The notes under the pieces: generated by a model | Databases searched by the model: none | Seen by the model: the letters and a program-made list of their open reading frames with translations, nothing else | What the model was told of the DNA's origin: nothing | In this document: piece after piece, positions 25,248 to 39,130 of the stretch | Numbering within the stretch: the first letter of the stretch is position 1 | Layout of the letters: every line of letters starts with the position of its first letter | Translations under genes and position numbers: made by a program | NCBI GenBank assembly: GCA_030390025.1 | Contig: CM059433.1 | Location: 113,584,001-113,648,000 of the forward strand | Length of the DNA: 64,000 bases | Source of the DNA: Squalus acanthias | Taxonomy: Eukaryota | Direction of reading: 5' to 3'

Positions 25248-27984
25248 CTAAAGACCACTGATTTTCAGTTTTCACAGAATAAGCCATGGAAATCAATCTC
25301 CAAAGCACCAGTAAAAACTCCAGAATACTATGTAATACAGGATTTGACTTAATCAGTCACCATAAATCAGTGGCCCTGATATGAAACCTTATATGGCATA
25401 AACACCCTTATGAATATAAAATAACATATCTTCTGACTTGCTGTGAGCAATGCTACAAGAGATCTGCTTGTGTGTGCATTTTGGTAAATACAAGAAAATG
25501 TATTTAATATTATAATAGTCTTACATTTAGCACATATCCTCCACACTTCACACACCAAAATGTGTTACTCGATGTGAAACAATCTTTACAAAGAGAAAGA
25601 AAACTAGGTGTTTCATCCTGGACCCTTAAACTTACAAGCTTTATTGACCTCTAATTGACCCGAGGAATTTACAAGCACCTTTAATTACCTGGATTCCCAC
25701 TGGGAGTCCTTATGCCATTGCCTTGATGGGACAGGCCAGGTTAGCAGTTAAATCCCTGCCATGCTCCAGGGTCCAGACTACCTGTAAACAATCCCACTGG
25801 AGCCCTGGTGAACATTGTTCTGTGTAAGTGTTGATTTCACCAGGATATCTATGTTGTTTGTGTGTATGATGTGTGTATAAATGTATCCTGCACACAAACA
25901 ACATATAACATACAAATACACAGCCATGACACGAGTGTGCGTAATTAGTGTTTAGGAAGTGCTCTTTGTGCACTCCATTGTGAACTGGGACAGCAATGGA
26001 CTCTAGAAGACCATGTGATGGCTGGGTAGCTGGAGTCAATTAAGTATTACGTCCTAAATGAAGCATGATAAGTGAACTAAAAGTAATTTATGAGGTGAAC
26101 ATCTTGAACTTGTGAACATTTTGTATATTTAAGTGGTGGCAACTGCTCAAAGATTTTGATTCCCTGCTGGAATATGCATGTATTGATTGTTGTTAGTGGC
26201 TTAGTAAAGAAAATGCAAAGGCTTTGAAGGCCACAGTATTAAATTTTAACATAGAAAGAAAATATTTGCTTTTGTATAGTGCTCCATCATACTTTCAGGG
26301 TGTCCCAAGTGCTTCACAGTCAATTAATTGCTTTTTTGAAGTGTACCCACTTTTTATATAGGTAACATCTTCACGTTATTTGTTACTGAATAGAAAGATA
26401 TACCTACGCTGCATGCCATTTCTTAATTGACAAGGAATGCATCCTGCTCTTAATTCTCTTCCAGCGCTGCTCTTAATCTGGCCAATAGGAAGTCCCAAGA
26501 GCAGCTTGGAGTCATTCACTTTTTATTTAAATATATGACCGTCACCTCCTTCCTTATGGAGTAAACAGCACAGCTAGCATCTTCTCACCACCTCCTGTTG
26601 ATGACTTGGCTAAAGGGTAGAGAATGTTTTGGAAGATCCCGTGTCCTACCACTCTGTGGCACATTCTTGGTACACTGATCATCAATCCAGCCTTTCAGAT
26701 TTGTTTTTTTTTGTGAGGTTTTATTTTAAGACTTATCTAGTTTATCTATATGTTGCATAAATGAACTCTAACTGATGCCACAGGCTGCTATGATGGACAG
26801 CCATTAGATTATCTCTAGTCGCCGAAGTCATTAGTGCTTTGATTTATCTTTATTTTATTTTATATCATCTATTTATTCTAACTTTTTTTCTTAATGTAGT
26901 ATACCTAACTGACTTAATATAAGGCAATGTCTGATGCTTTCTTTTCATGTTTGAATCTGAATATATTTAGCACAAACCAAACAGTCCGTTTTCAAAGACT
27001 GATCTAATTGGCACCAGTGGTGCAATTACAGATGTTACAACCTATTTAGCTGCACCATTACTATGATTAGCATAGTGAAGAACAATTTAGCACCGCTGAT
27101 ATAGTTATGGTTGGCACATTTGGTTGTTTTCATACGCACAGATTAGACAGTTTATATTGCTGGTGATACAGCTTGCAGGAAGAGTGCAACATTAGCAGAG
27201 TTGGCACAATTGGAACATTTTGTGCAGCATCAACAGATCGCAACTGCTATAGCAGCCACAGATGGGATATTTTTCATTATTAAGGATCTTAATAACTGTC
27301 TCCAGCAAATGATTGCCCTGATTTGGGATCCAACACCAGCAACATTGCTCATTTATATCTAGCTCAGCTGGTGTCACCACATCGATGAGGTTACAAGTAA
27401 CGTGTATTAATCAGAGCTCCTTTTAAACTACCAATATGGAGTTACTGGCACTATTAAAGTGATCACACAGAGGAGCAGGATACTTTTACAGAGGGCAGTC
27501 TGAACTAGGCATAAGTGAGCAATATTGTGGTTTTCTTACTATGTTCATGAAATCCTGTTGCTTTAATTCTTTCTGTAGACTGAAAGCTCTTTTTTTAATC
27601 TCCACCTGATTTGTTTCTCTCTCTTTCCAGGACATACTTCGTAATGGTAGGGTTGATTTTGAGCTAATTAGGACCATATGTGCCCTCCACCTCTGTTTTC
27701 CCCATGGCCATAGTTCAACATCAGAGATCTGATTCTGGACATTTAAGCCCAACCCCCACTTTTCTCTGACTTTTAGCTCATGCTTGTTTCATGCCCTAGA
27801 TGATAAAAGTACATTTTCTTTAGACTCCTTTGTTTGTGTTCATTTACATTCGCTGTGTCAGTATGTTACATAGTCTGTACCATCCTTCTGCTATTACTCT
27901 GTGTATTAAAGAATAAATTCATATGCTTTTCTAAAGGTTGCATTGTATTAATTCCTTTCAAATCCCTGCCTGCCCCCCCCCCCC

Positions 27985-28350
27985 CCCATATTCTCCCATT
28001 CTTTCCTGCTGTGCTGCCAGCCCTCCATGCTTCACCCAAATGGCTATTCTTCATTGTGAGCCTAGACTGGCAAATGTTGGGAAGCTATTCAATTGCATGG
28101 GGTGTCACAGTTGGTCTTGAGTGTGTCCTTGCCACATGTCCGCACGTACGCATTTCCTAGGACAGATCACCGGATAGTGATTCGAAGTGGGAGCTCTGAT
28201 TTATTTTTCCTTCTTTAGCCAGTTGTAGTGCGACCACTGCCTTCCTATCCGAGACCGTCAAACTCAGTACGGGTCGGAGATCGAATCTGGAACCTTCCTG
28301 GTCTGTATGACTCAGTGCCACATCATGTGATGCATTTACCCAATATGCCC
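27985..28350 (-). mobile_element. SINE family B
   Basis: Reverse-complement motifs gctattcttcattgtgagcctagac and gaaccttcctggtctgtatgactcagtg. Confidence 0.65.
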
Positions 28351-28384
28351 TTGGGAAGGTCCCTATTGAATTTTGTGCAATAGT

Positions 28385-28875
28385 GAAAGAGCCACTCTTG
28401 CCTCTGATGCTGAAGGTGTTGGATTCAAACCCTGCTCTCGGACTTGAGCACATATTCTAAGCTGGCATTTCCAGTGTAGCACTGAGGGAATGCTGCATTG
28501 TTGGAGGTGCTGTCTTTTAGGTGAGACATTAAATTGAGGTACAATCTACCATAGTTTAGATGGATGTTAAAGGCACTATTTGAACAAAAGCAGGCAGATA
28601 AATGCAGTTGAGGTACAGATTATCCATGATCTAGTAGAATTGAGGGGCTAAATAGCCTACTCCTGTTCCTATGTTCTCCCAGTGTCCTCAACAAATACTA
28701 CCAAAAACCAGATTGACTGGTATTTCATCCCATTACTCTCTATGGAACCTTCTTATGCATGAAATGACTGCACAGTTTGCATTCATAAGAACAGTGACTG
28801 CACTTCCAAGTAGCTCAGTGTATGTGAAGTGTTTGAGATGTTTCTGATCAGACACTATATAAATACAAGTTCTTC
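28385..28875 (+). mobile_element. Degenerate Deu-domain SINE with an inserted CR1-tail fragment (about 28595-28675)
   Basis: ctcttgcctctga..gacttgagcaca..ctgaggga.tgctgca core, interrupted by gttgaggtacagat..cctactcctgttcctatgtt. Confidence 0.7.
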
Positions 28876-28924
28876 CTCTTATACATGAATAATAGCAGAT
28901 GTCTAAAAATAATTGTTAAGTTAC

Positions 28925-29335
28925 AATTTCTCTCTTTCTCCCCTCCTCCTCTTCTCTCCTGAAATGGTTCAGCCTTTCATGGGGTATGGTTCCAAGTGCA
29001 CTTGTTGGCCGCTAGTTTCTCACCATGTAGCAATAATTGTTTTTAGTGTCTTGCCAGTTAGTGTGTGCAGCTGTTCTGTCATGGGGAGCAGCACAGCCGA
29101 GCCTAATCCTTTTCTTGTGAAACATCCAGACCCACACTTCCAGTAGTATGGCAATCGGGGAGTGGGAAACCCAGCCCAATTTTTTCTTTCCCTCCTTATC
29201 ACAGGATGCTGAGGCCAATTATACCACCCACCACCATTCTGGCTGAGATCAGCTAACGGCATAGCTTGGGGATTGAACCTCAGCTCTTCTTCGTCTATGT
29301 GGCTTCAATACTCACTGCATAAACCCCTTGCGCCT
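28925..29335 (-). mobile_element. SINE family B, near full length
   Basis: cacagccgagcctaatcct, gctgaggccaatt and ggctgagatcagctaac motifs. Confidence 0.65.
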
Positions 29336-29404
29336 TCCATAATTGTTTTAATAGATCTGCACACTCATTTTGTTTTGAGGTTAGCTATAAGAAAGAATGA
29401 AAGG

Positions 29405-29858
29405 AAACAAGAACTTGCATCGAGATAGTACCATTCACAACCTCGGGATGTGCTAAAGTGCTTCACAGCCAATGAAGTACCGTTGAACTGTAGTCACTGT
29501 TGTAATGTCAGGAAACACAGCAGCCAATTAGCACATAGTAAGGTCCCACAAAGAGAAATGAGATAAATGACCAGATAATTTTTTTTTCAATAATGTTGGT
29601 TGAGGGATAAATATTGGCCAGGACATCAGGGAGAATTCCCCTGCTCTTCTACAAATAGTGTCATGGGATCTTTTACGTCCACCTGAGAGGGAAGATGGGG
29701 CCTCGGTTTAGAAAGACAGCACCTCCAACAGTGCAGCACTCCCTCAGTCGTGCACTGAAGTGTCAGCCTAGATTACGTGCTCAAGTCTCTCGAGTGGAGC
29801 TCAAACCTACAAGCTTCTGACTCGGAGGTGGGCGTGTTACCACTGAGCTATGGTTGAT
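29405..29858 (-). mobile_element. Near full-length Deu-domain SINE
   Basis: Collinear with the 24781-25247 copy. Confidence 0.88.
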
Positions 29859-30649
29859 AAATAAAGCTAATGTTTATACACCACACAGATAACATTAGTT
29901 CATATTCTGTCTAATCATTGTTTGCATATATGAATCCTATAAACAACAATGCCATCAACACTAAATGTGATCAGAACTAAACCCTACTATGCAGTTTACA
30001 TTAAACAGTAAGGTTTTCCCATTCAAAAACACAGCTACATTATATCTATTTACACAATATCCAAAGAAGAAATAATTAGTTTTCCCCTTTAAAGATAATG
30101 TGTGTGAAAAGGATCCTGAATGAGCAGAATAGTCCACAAGACCAAATACAATTGCCAGTTCCTGAACTGGTAGTCAGTATCGCTGTCTGTATATCATGAG
30201 TCCAACTGAAATGAAAATGTTGCAGTAGTGCTACTGGAAACTTTGTACCAGCAGTGAACATATTTTAAAGATGTCAATGAAGTGTGTTGAGCACATTTCC
30301 CCCAAAGCAATAGAACAACAGAAACAAGATTTAGAAAACAGCATGTTGGTGCTCCAGTAGAATGGTAAGATGCAGGATTTTCTTCATGATTCCCTACAAG
30401 ATGATTTGTCAATCTTGGTTGTGAAGTTGTAAGAAGCATACAGCAAATTCTATGCTCCTCCACAGAAAATCAATTCTTCCCTGGACTGCTGTCGTGTATT
30501 TCCTGGAAACCTGGTTAAAAATAGAATTGTCAGAGCCTTGGAAACAGGTTGTCTCTCTTCCCTCCTAGCTGGAAAATGATAAAGGACTGGGCAAAATACA
30601 AAAGGGGAGAGGGATACATTTTTTTCAGATTGAATATTACATCTGTGCA

Positions 30650-31095
30650 TATATAAATATGTAAAGTCATAACAAGAGGGTGCAAATTTAAGATGATAAA
30701 GAATTAAAGGGGAAGTTAGAAAATATTTATTTTCAGAGGTAGGTAAAATATGTAATTCTCTGCCATGATCCATTACTGTAACAAAGTCCATAAGTTATTT
30801 TAAAAGGGAATTGGATAGTTACTTGACAAAGAGGAATATTAAAGTAACACAAAAGCAAAATACTGTGGATGCTGGAAGTCTGAAATAAAAACAGAAAATC
30901 TTGGGAATACTCAGCAGGTCAGACAGCATCTGTGGAGAGAGAAACAGAGTTAACGGTTCAGCTCCATTACCTTTCGTCAGAACTGATATTAAAGTGTATG
31001 GGGAGCAAGCAGGAGATTGAGATTAGGTTAGGTGGCTCATGTGGAGAAAAACACCAGTATTATTCGATGGGCCAAATGGCTTGGTTTAAAATATG
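30650..31095 (+). mobile_element. Old CR1 3' fragment interrupted by a family C repeat (about 30850-30985)
   Basis: The CR1 3' sequence stops at atattaaagt and resumes at atattaaagt (apparent target duplication) on either side of the insert. Confidence 0.65.
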
Positions 31096-31589
31096 TAAAC
31101 CTATCGGAACTGAATCTTCCAGCTGCTGCTCGCTGTTTTGCAACCTTTGTAAAGCGCAATTGAAATCGTAATTTAATTCCTCGGATGCCTGGCATCGTTC
31201 CTTGACTATGAGGAGGGGCAAGCAACCCACTCCCAGTCCTGTCTCACTGTGCCTTGGAAGATGTAACCAATTTCTCAAAGGGTTGCAGGAACAACCATTT
31301 TTTTATTTTTTACGTTGATTTTTCTCACTGCCTTTGTGGAAATCCTTTCTTTTTGTGTGTATTTTACATTAAATGGCAAAGGTCAGGAAATCGCGGGCAC
31401 GCAGCCGCGTCCTACCACTCCATGCTTCAGTGTGTCGGTGCGCCAAGGTATATTAAGTCCAGCACCCATGTACTTGATAAATAGCTGCAATAAACTGCAA
31501 ACTTTGAAGACTAGAGTTAAAAATACTTCCAGCTTAGTTCTCTTGATGCCCTGTGATTAAATGCGCTGCATATTGTGCTCCAAAGCCCA

Positions 31590-31880
31590 ACAGCCCAAGA
31601 AATCCCCAAGCTTGTCTCTGGTCTGTGCTGAGTTAGCGCATCATCAAGGCAATAGTGTAGAAGTGAAATGGGCTTTAGTGGCTCTGGATTAGGGAAAGAG
31701 GAAATCAGTTAGAGTTCGTGCTCCTCCTAATTGCTGTCCAAGTGGAAACCTCCTCCCCCATCCCAACGTGTGTACTGCCTGCTACAGTTAAATACCACAT
31801 TGACCAGGCTAACGTGTAAACGGTGCATATTAGGCACGATGCCAGGGGACTGTTGATGCGTGTGAGGAGAGGGATGAGCA
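31590..31880 (+). mobile_element. SINE family B, degenerate
   Basis: ggtctgtgctgagttagc and aggga..ggaaatcag motifs. Confidence 0.5.
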
Positions 31881-33149
31881 AATAACAAATTTGGGACAGA
31901 AAATCTATACCTTGTTGGGATGTCCTATTGTGCACAGTACACACGAGAACTCGAATTACAGCTTCGATTGCTTGGCCACCAGAATTCAAACGTGCAAATA
32001 TTGAGGTAAATCACTGACTACTGGTGGAAAATGTTAAGCTTAAACCACTGCTCCCGGCTTTTTAATCGGCCAATATTGGCCAGACGGTCTTGTCTCTTTC
32101 AGGTAACAAATGGTTTTCCGTTTATCAGACCTCCACTAGCCTACTTCTTTCTGAACCAAAGAACGCGAGTGTGACACCCACGAAATGCCAGTCTTTGAGA
32201 GGCGTGCCTAGCTGCCCCGCTCACAAGATTCCAGCTTCCTCTCCCTAATCCTCCCTCTCTCTTTTTTAAAGGTTTAACTGCTGGATGGTGTCGGTTTTGC
32301 TAATGTTTTCTTCTTCAGATCTCTGTCTGTGAATATCCTTTGCGTCATTTCCTGATATCGGAATAAGTGACACAAACTGTTTTTTTTTAAAAAAAACGAA
32401 AATTCTTATGTTCCACGTATGTTCAACCATTTCAAAATTAAAAAAATAATATATGCATAACTGTTCGCTTCTGGAAACATGCGAATAAATGTCCAATGTG
32501 TGCGGTTCTGAAGAAAGGCAAAATGACAAAATGCTTTATTGTCCCCAAACCCTGGAGTTAATTGTAACTTCTGACACACACACTTATGCTTCGTTAAACA
32601 CAAATAAAAAGTAACCATCACAGTAAAAGAGACTGTTCTTGTTATCCGCAGCTATAACTAAGGCGGAGTAATCCGCCCCTTTCTCCTTTTATCTCTGCAG
32701 TTAAACATAAACATATAAGAGATTGCAGTACACGTCCTAATTCGCCCTCGGTGGATTTCATAACGATCACCTGGTTTCATGGATAATTATGGTTCCTAGT
32801 TGCTCATTCACAAACATTTTTGATATACATCTTATTACTTCACAACGAATGAGTTTAATGTGAAACTAGCTTTCCAAGCCTCCTAAATTTTCTTTAATGA
32901 TTCATACCAATCGCTGCCTTTTCTCATTGGTAAGTACATTAATATCAGTTGTATATGTACAAAAAGGGCCAAAAAGTACGGGACCCCCATCTATACCCTC
33001 TCCACTACCGCCACTGTGCTGACCACATAAAGTCATAGAAGAGACAGAAATTTCTACAATTTAACATTGGCAAGACCAAGCTCAACTCCTGCCAAAAATT
33101 CTACACTGGGGCTTCCAATCCCAGTCCTCTCCAGCTGCTTGCTTAGACA

Positions 33150-34335
33150 GAATCCTATGGTCCGAGACTTTGCTGCCCAATTTAATACTAAATTGAGCTT
33201 CAAACTTCTATTCTTTCACCATAGCTGCCTATTTCCACCTCTACCATTTTACCCACCTCTGTCCTGATCTCATCCCCCACCATCACTTAAACCCTCATCC
33301 ATACCTTCATCATCTCCAACATTCTTCACATTCTCTCGAGTTCATTCGTACATAAACTCCTACTCGTCCAAAATACTAACACACTCACACTTTTTATTAA
33401 TCACAGAATGGGGGCAATGCTTGCATTTATTGCCCATTCCTAGTTGCCCTGAGAAGGTGATGATGGACCTTCTTGAATCGTTTGGATTATGGTGGTGTTA
33501 GGTAGGGAATTCATGGAAATTGACCCAGCAACGATGAAGGAGCAGTGATTATATATCCAAGGCAGGATGGTGAGTAATTTAGAGGCAATAGTGTTCTATA
33601 ACATTTCTGTTCTTGTTCTTCCCGGAAGTTGCAACAATGGGGGAGATGCTGTTGAAGCAACTTTGGTGAGTTTCTATAGTCTACCCTGTAGCCACAATTC
33701 GATGGTGGTGGAGGGAGTGGATATATTGAGTCCAGTGGTTTGAGCACAGATCAATCAGAGTGTTGGGTCCTGGATGGTGCCAAGCAGCTTGTGTATTGTT
33801 GCAGCTGTACATACCAAGGTGAGTGGTGAGTGCTCCATCACACTCCTTAAGCCTTGTCGATTATGGAAAGGTTCTGAGGGGGTTAGGATGTGATCCAGGC
33901 ATTAGAGTTCTCAGCCTCTGTCCTGCTCTTGTAGCCAAAGTGTTGCAATGGCTGGCCGAGTTAAGCTTCAGGTCGGTGCTGATGCCTTATATATTGATAG
34001 TGGGGGACTCAGCAATGGTGGTGCTATTGAAGGTTGGTGAAGCAGGTTGGGCTTCTCCTTATTAGGTAAGCGGGTCTTAGAATGCAATACAGCCTTATCC
34101 TTGCTGCCTTCCAGTGGCACCCCATCTCCCAACACATTCGATTCAAAATCGTTCCTACATGTACAAACTCTTCCTGCCCATATAATAATGTTGCTCTCCA
34201 CTCTTCCATCGCTGACCTGGGCCTCTTCCCCTCACATTCAGTGGTCAAGCCTATATTCTGGAACTCTCTCCTTTAAGTTTCTACACCTGGGTACCTCTTG
34301 CCCCAATTTCAAAAGCCTCCTCAAAACCTTTGGTC
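33150..34335. mobile_element. Old L2 fragments (+) flanking an old minus-strand copy (about 33395-34080) of the 15061-16620 LINE family
   Basis: aaaccctcatccataccttc (L2), and gcatttattgcccattcctagttgccctgagaagg matching 15105-15140. Confidence 0.65.
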
Positions 34336-36721
34336 GCCTTTTAACTCTCATGCTGGGTGTTTTTTATAATGTCTTGGCGTATTAAAATCTGTGTTAAAAG
34401 CGAATGGAAGTTGAACTGCATTACTGATATGCAAGAAGAAAAAGATGCCTATTGCAGGTGATAATGAGATGTTCCAACATTTCACAGAGTACAAATGTAG
34501 ACAAGGCACGAATTCTGTATGCATGTGAAAAAAAGTGTGGATCAAACAATTAACTGACGAGAAAAAAAATCGCTAACGGGGGCTATAGAATGAGACAGTA
34601 AAAGTCGGCAGTAAATGTATTTATTTTAATCAAAATATAAAGTAATTTCCCCTCTAAGCGTGGAATAGTGTATTATTTCTAATATTTTGATTTGAAAACA
34701 GAATTTTGTATAAGTCATAAACTGAAAGTGATAATTGTGGGAAAATTGAAATACTGAGGGGGCTTACGATAGATAACAAGGAAGAGGCGGCAGTGTTAAT
34801 TACAGGCATTAGGAAATGCGGCAGGTCGAGTTGCCAGCTCACAAAATTACGGAAGGATTACAGGGACACGATTACAAAGTTAATTCTACAGTTTAGAGCC
34901 GTGATAAACTCGGATCACTTTCCAGACCGAACTAATCGCCAATCCGTGTTTTAAAGGCGTCTAGTTGCTTGCAGCTCCGGCTGTGAATGGAACTGTTGGG
35001 AGTTTCCTAGTGCCCGCCCACAGTCAATGCTTTTCACTATAGGTTGACTTGCTATATCCGGCGCGGACGGACATCTACTCTTCATACAGTTAGCCGCCAA
35101 CTCAAATAATTGTACTTTTACCTCCAGTGTAGCGGTTGGATGTTAAATTGTCTTAATTAAAATTCGCGAAATTTACCTGCTCGAACCGAAGATAATAAAA
35201 TGCACTTGGAACCTATAACATGTGGCAGTTCGTTATAACAAGATGTGAAATCCGTTGTTCTTATAATTGCAAATAGTAATTAAAATTGTTACCCCGTGGT
35301 GGTAATTGGGTGTTGTAGCCGTATTTTATCAAATAAGTGTTAGCGACATGAAATCAATATTTAAAAACCGACGGGCAATTATTACATTTGAAAACTTTCA
35401 TGGACAGACTCTTATTTTGGGAGCGTCATTCATAGAGAGCCAGAAAGTGAGCACGCCGATTAAGCCGGGTGTGTTGATTTAATAAATGTAATAAAGTAGG
35501 GGCGGGGCCCCATCCTTTGCGGAGTTGAGACTAGGCGAAAGCAGCAAAACCGCGTGTTGACGAGTAACGCCGCACTGCCCGTTTTCCAAGAGGCACTTCC
35601 AGGTTTTTTTTTGTTTACCCCCCTCCCTCTCAATCAACCAGCCTATCCAGATAACTTGAGTTGTTCGCCTCTGGACAGATGTTGCACTGGGCGTAATTTG
35701 TAAAACTCACGAGAACGTCAGTTTGGAGGGGATATTGCGGTTTCTTAAAACGATACTTATCTATTCTCGGTGCAAAGGAAGTTCCTGACACATGGGTTTA
35801 TGTTCAATTATTTCCCAAGGGAACCTGAGCACAGGCCGAAAGGTCGGGCTCCTCCCTCTCTTGGGCATTCCTTTGAATAGATATTGTGTGATATTGTCAT
35901 CGAAAGTCTAATAAGAGAAGGAAACCAGCAAGTTAACATAATCATGTGACCACCAACTCCCCAAGTCCATTCCATATGTCGGTCTCTTTCTGTCCCATTC
36001 TTCCATTTAGGCGCTGCTCGGTTTGTGTCGTGTACCTTTTGATTTGCTTTTTTTTCCAGAATGGCGTGTTATTCAGTTAACGTGATGACTTCAGGTGCCC
36101 CGCCTTAGCCTGCAGGGGAAGGACAAGCCCCCGGCATTGCGAACCTAACGTCTTAGAACTCCTGTAAACTCAATTAAGATGCGTGAGATACTAATTAAAA
36201 GCCACCCAACCGCCTTATCGAGCGCCTAATCTTACAATGTTAGTAATTTACCCTAACCTAATTTAAATGTCCGTGCTCTCTGGACACGTTCAGTTAACTA
36301 AACCCAATTCGCATACACGTTTCTCTCTCCACGGATGTTGCCTGGCCTGCTGAGTTTTTCCAGCGTTTTCTGTTGTTATTTCGCATACACTGGTTCTGTT
36401 CTTTGACCAAGTTCCCCAGCGTCTTCTCCAGTGCAGGCTACAATCAAATGGCAATTGTTCAGCACAACTGTACGTGTTGATGTAGTGTGAGCCACGAACA
36501 TTTCAGATCCAATTCGGTTGAAACAAATTTCAGATCGTGTAAGCAGCAAAATATAAAGAGCGCACCAAATGATCAAGTTGAGGTTGATTGCGATTGGTTA
36601 TGGAAAATCCGACGCCTAATGTATGTTGTGAGTAAATAGGTAGCAGGATGACGACGAGAGCAGGAAATGTACAAAAGTCATCCAGGGTAGACCTGCTATT
36701 GGATTAATAAAATGCAGCGAC

Positions 36722-36825
36722 GGGAATCTCCTCGTGGCGTCTCCCGCTCCGCCGCCGTAACTTCGTCGGATAGCCCAAACGGGATTGCCGCCGTAGTTAT
36801 GGCGGCGAAGCCCCAGGAAATTCCC
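36722..36825. repeat. GC-rich palindromic element of about 105 bp
   Basis: Outer gggaatctcct / aggaaattccc and inner 36750-36769 / 36788-36807 (17/20) inverted pairs. Confidence 0.75.
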
Positions 36826-37425
36826 CAAGTTACTGCTCAGGAGATCGTTTAAAAAAAAAACATAATTAATCTTTTATCTGGAAAATGAGTTGTTTGAGGG
36901 ACAAATGCTGAGATCCAGAATCGAATTTTCTATTTTCAATCCAAATCTAATTGATTTCAACAAATTCCAACTTTTTCCTCACTGACCATTTTCTTTTTGA
37001 TATCCACGCGCTTCCTCCCTCCCTTCCCCCCAGTTTGGACATTGACTTGCGGCTGGCCTGTGCCTTTGGGCTTCAGCTATACTGCAGCTACCCTCTCCGG
37101 CCCATTTCCGAAGTGCGATGCGCGGCCGGAAGACCGGGGTTATACTGCTGGTTACTAATCTGCCCAGATGGCAGGTACAAAGGAGCAAGAATGCTTCCAC
37201 AGGGGCCCGAGATCCTCTCCCTGGGACATTAATTGCTCAGAAAGCGCTGCCGGAGCTTGGATCTTCTGGTCATATTCTAAAGATTCCACGCACCTTTTTT
37301 TTCCCTCGAAGTTTCCACCAGTTCCTGCACCAAAATGTCAGTATTACAGCTTCTGTTACACGACGAGGTTATTTGTTGGGAAATACATCGGAGTTTTTGG
37401 TGTAAGGGACCATGTAACGGAATAC

Positions 37426-37447
37426 ATGGAAACTATTAAGTATGAAG
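37426..37447 (+). CDS. Candidate alternative LIN28B 5' exon (METIKYE|G, phase 1)
   Basis: ATG GAA ACT ATT AAG TAT GAA G|gtaagt: a consensus donor, in phase with exon 2, in a CpG-rich domain. No homology support recalled. Confidence 0.3.
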
Positions 37448-39095
37448 GTAAGTATAGGTGTGAAAACCATATTGAAGGCCATGTATTTATATTGGGTATT
37501 TTGAGTACAGTTGTGTAAGTGCGCTGCACATATACCGTGTGTTGACTGGTGTCTGAGACGCTGTAAATGAACACGGGTGAACAGTGACCACAGTACACAC
37601 GACTTCCCGTCGTGCTGAAACGAGGGACACTGCCGCTGCTCTGACACTAGCCGCCTTTGCTCAGCCCTCTGCTCACTGCTGCCGAGCCCCTCCCAGTTAG
37701 CCGTGACAGGCCGTTCACTGGGCCATTTTATTCATAATGGGAGCACGTCTGAAACGGCGCTCACCTCACCAGGGGCACGGAGGCTGGGTTGTAATAGAGT
37801 TAGGGGTGTGTTGTGGACGGTATTTTTGTGTAAGTCGGTTGAACAAGAAATCGTAAGATGTTTCTTGGCTAAATTCTGTGCAACTAGGTGTGACATAACG
37901 GACACGTTTTCGAGAGGTTACGTCCCTGATCTTAAAGATCTTTACAGATGTTTTGTGGCCCAGGGAACCGAGATCAAAATCAGAAACGGCGAGATTTAAA
38001 GGGACCGAAGCGCCAACGGTATAGTAGGATTAAACCCCAAGGCATTAAGTCAAACAGATGTGTTAATTTATATCAAATATATAAATAATTAACCACCGCC
38101 CGACATTTAAGAATGGCTGATTCCTGATCTTAACGGGATCCACGCTGTATGTCAAATAAAGTTTTATTTGTTTTTTCCCCCCTCTGTTGGTCTTTTTCAA
38201 TAAAACAAAATACACTTTGTGAAGTGATTATTCCCCCCAAACATCGAATCATCCAACAATCATCGGACGGTCGAACAGCCTGTAACAAACGCCCGGCCCC
38301 AATGAAACTCAATCCCAATCGACGACGTTTTATTTAAATTCGACCGAATAATTTCCGTTTCGATAGAACGAAATATGTTGCGTTGAACCACATTTTGGAA
38401 CTTTACTGTCTGGCCGGGTCCTCGTGACACTTGATTTGCCACTTAAGACGAAAAAAATGGAATTGCGGAGCGGGATAGTCACATGTCCGATCGCTCTAGA
38501 CTGGAACTGTGTTTGAAAACTTGCAAATATGTGCTCGCCTCGCTCCCAGCACTGCAAACACAAACTGGAAAGTCTGCTGGACTTGAGTCGAACTGCTGTA
38601 AACACCTACATAATCAGGCAAGGTTGATCAGGTCGATTTGTCACCCCCCCCCCCCCCCCCCCAACCACCATTTAAAAATAAACGCTGCCATCACTTTTCA
38701 CTTGAGAAAAGGGCTCACATCTTGTTAAATCCGTTCCAATGACGATTCAAAATTTGTTTTACAGAGAAACGCTTCGATTTGTTATCAGATTACAGATTCA
38801 ATATTTTGGGGTGGTTCCTGGAACACTTCCCGGTCGATATGTCTGAAGCACACACTTAACGTTTAATCCGTCACCAGCCATCATCTATGGGGAAGTCCAT
38901 TGGTAGCTTTTATTTAAGATTAGTCATTTCGAATGAAGAGGTGCTGCTGATCTGGCAGATGTAAATTTTACTTAGAAAAGGTTTCTTTAAAAAAAGGGAC
39001 ACCCACACCCAAAGCCTTATCATCGGTCTCCTGGTAAAATCCTAAGTATGTGGCTAATACCACCTTAAATAGTGAAACTTCTGAACATCACTGTA

Positions 39096-39130
<35 letters not shown>

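Noticed and set aside
37168-37174. 7-nt micro-exon ATGGCAG|gtacaa (phase 1)
   Set aside because: Weak donor and short polypyrimidine tract; too easily generated by chance to report separately.
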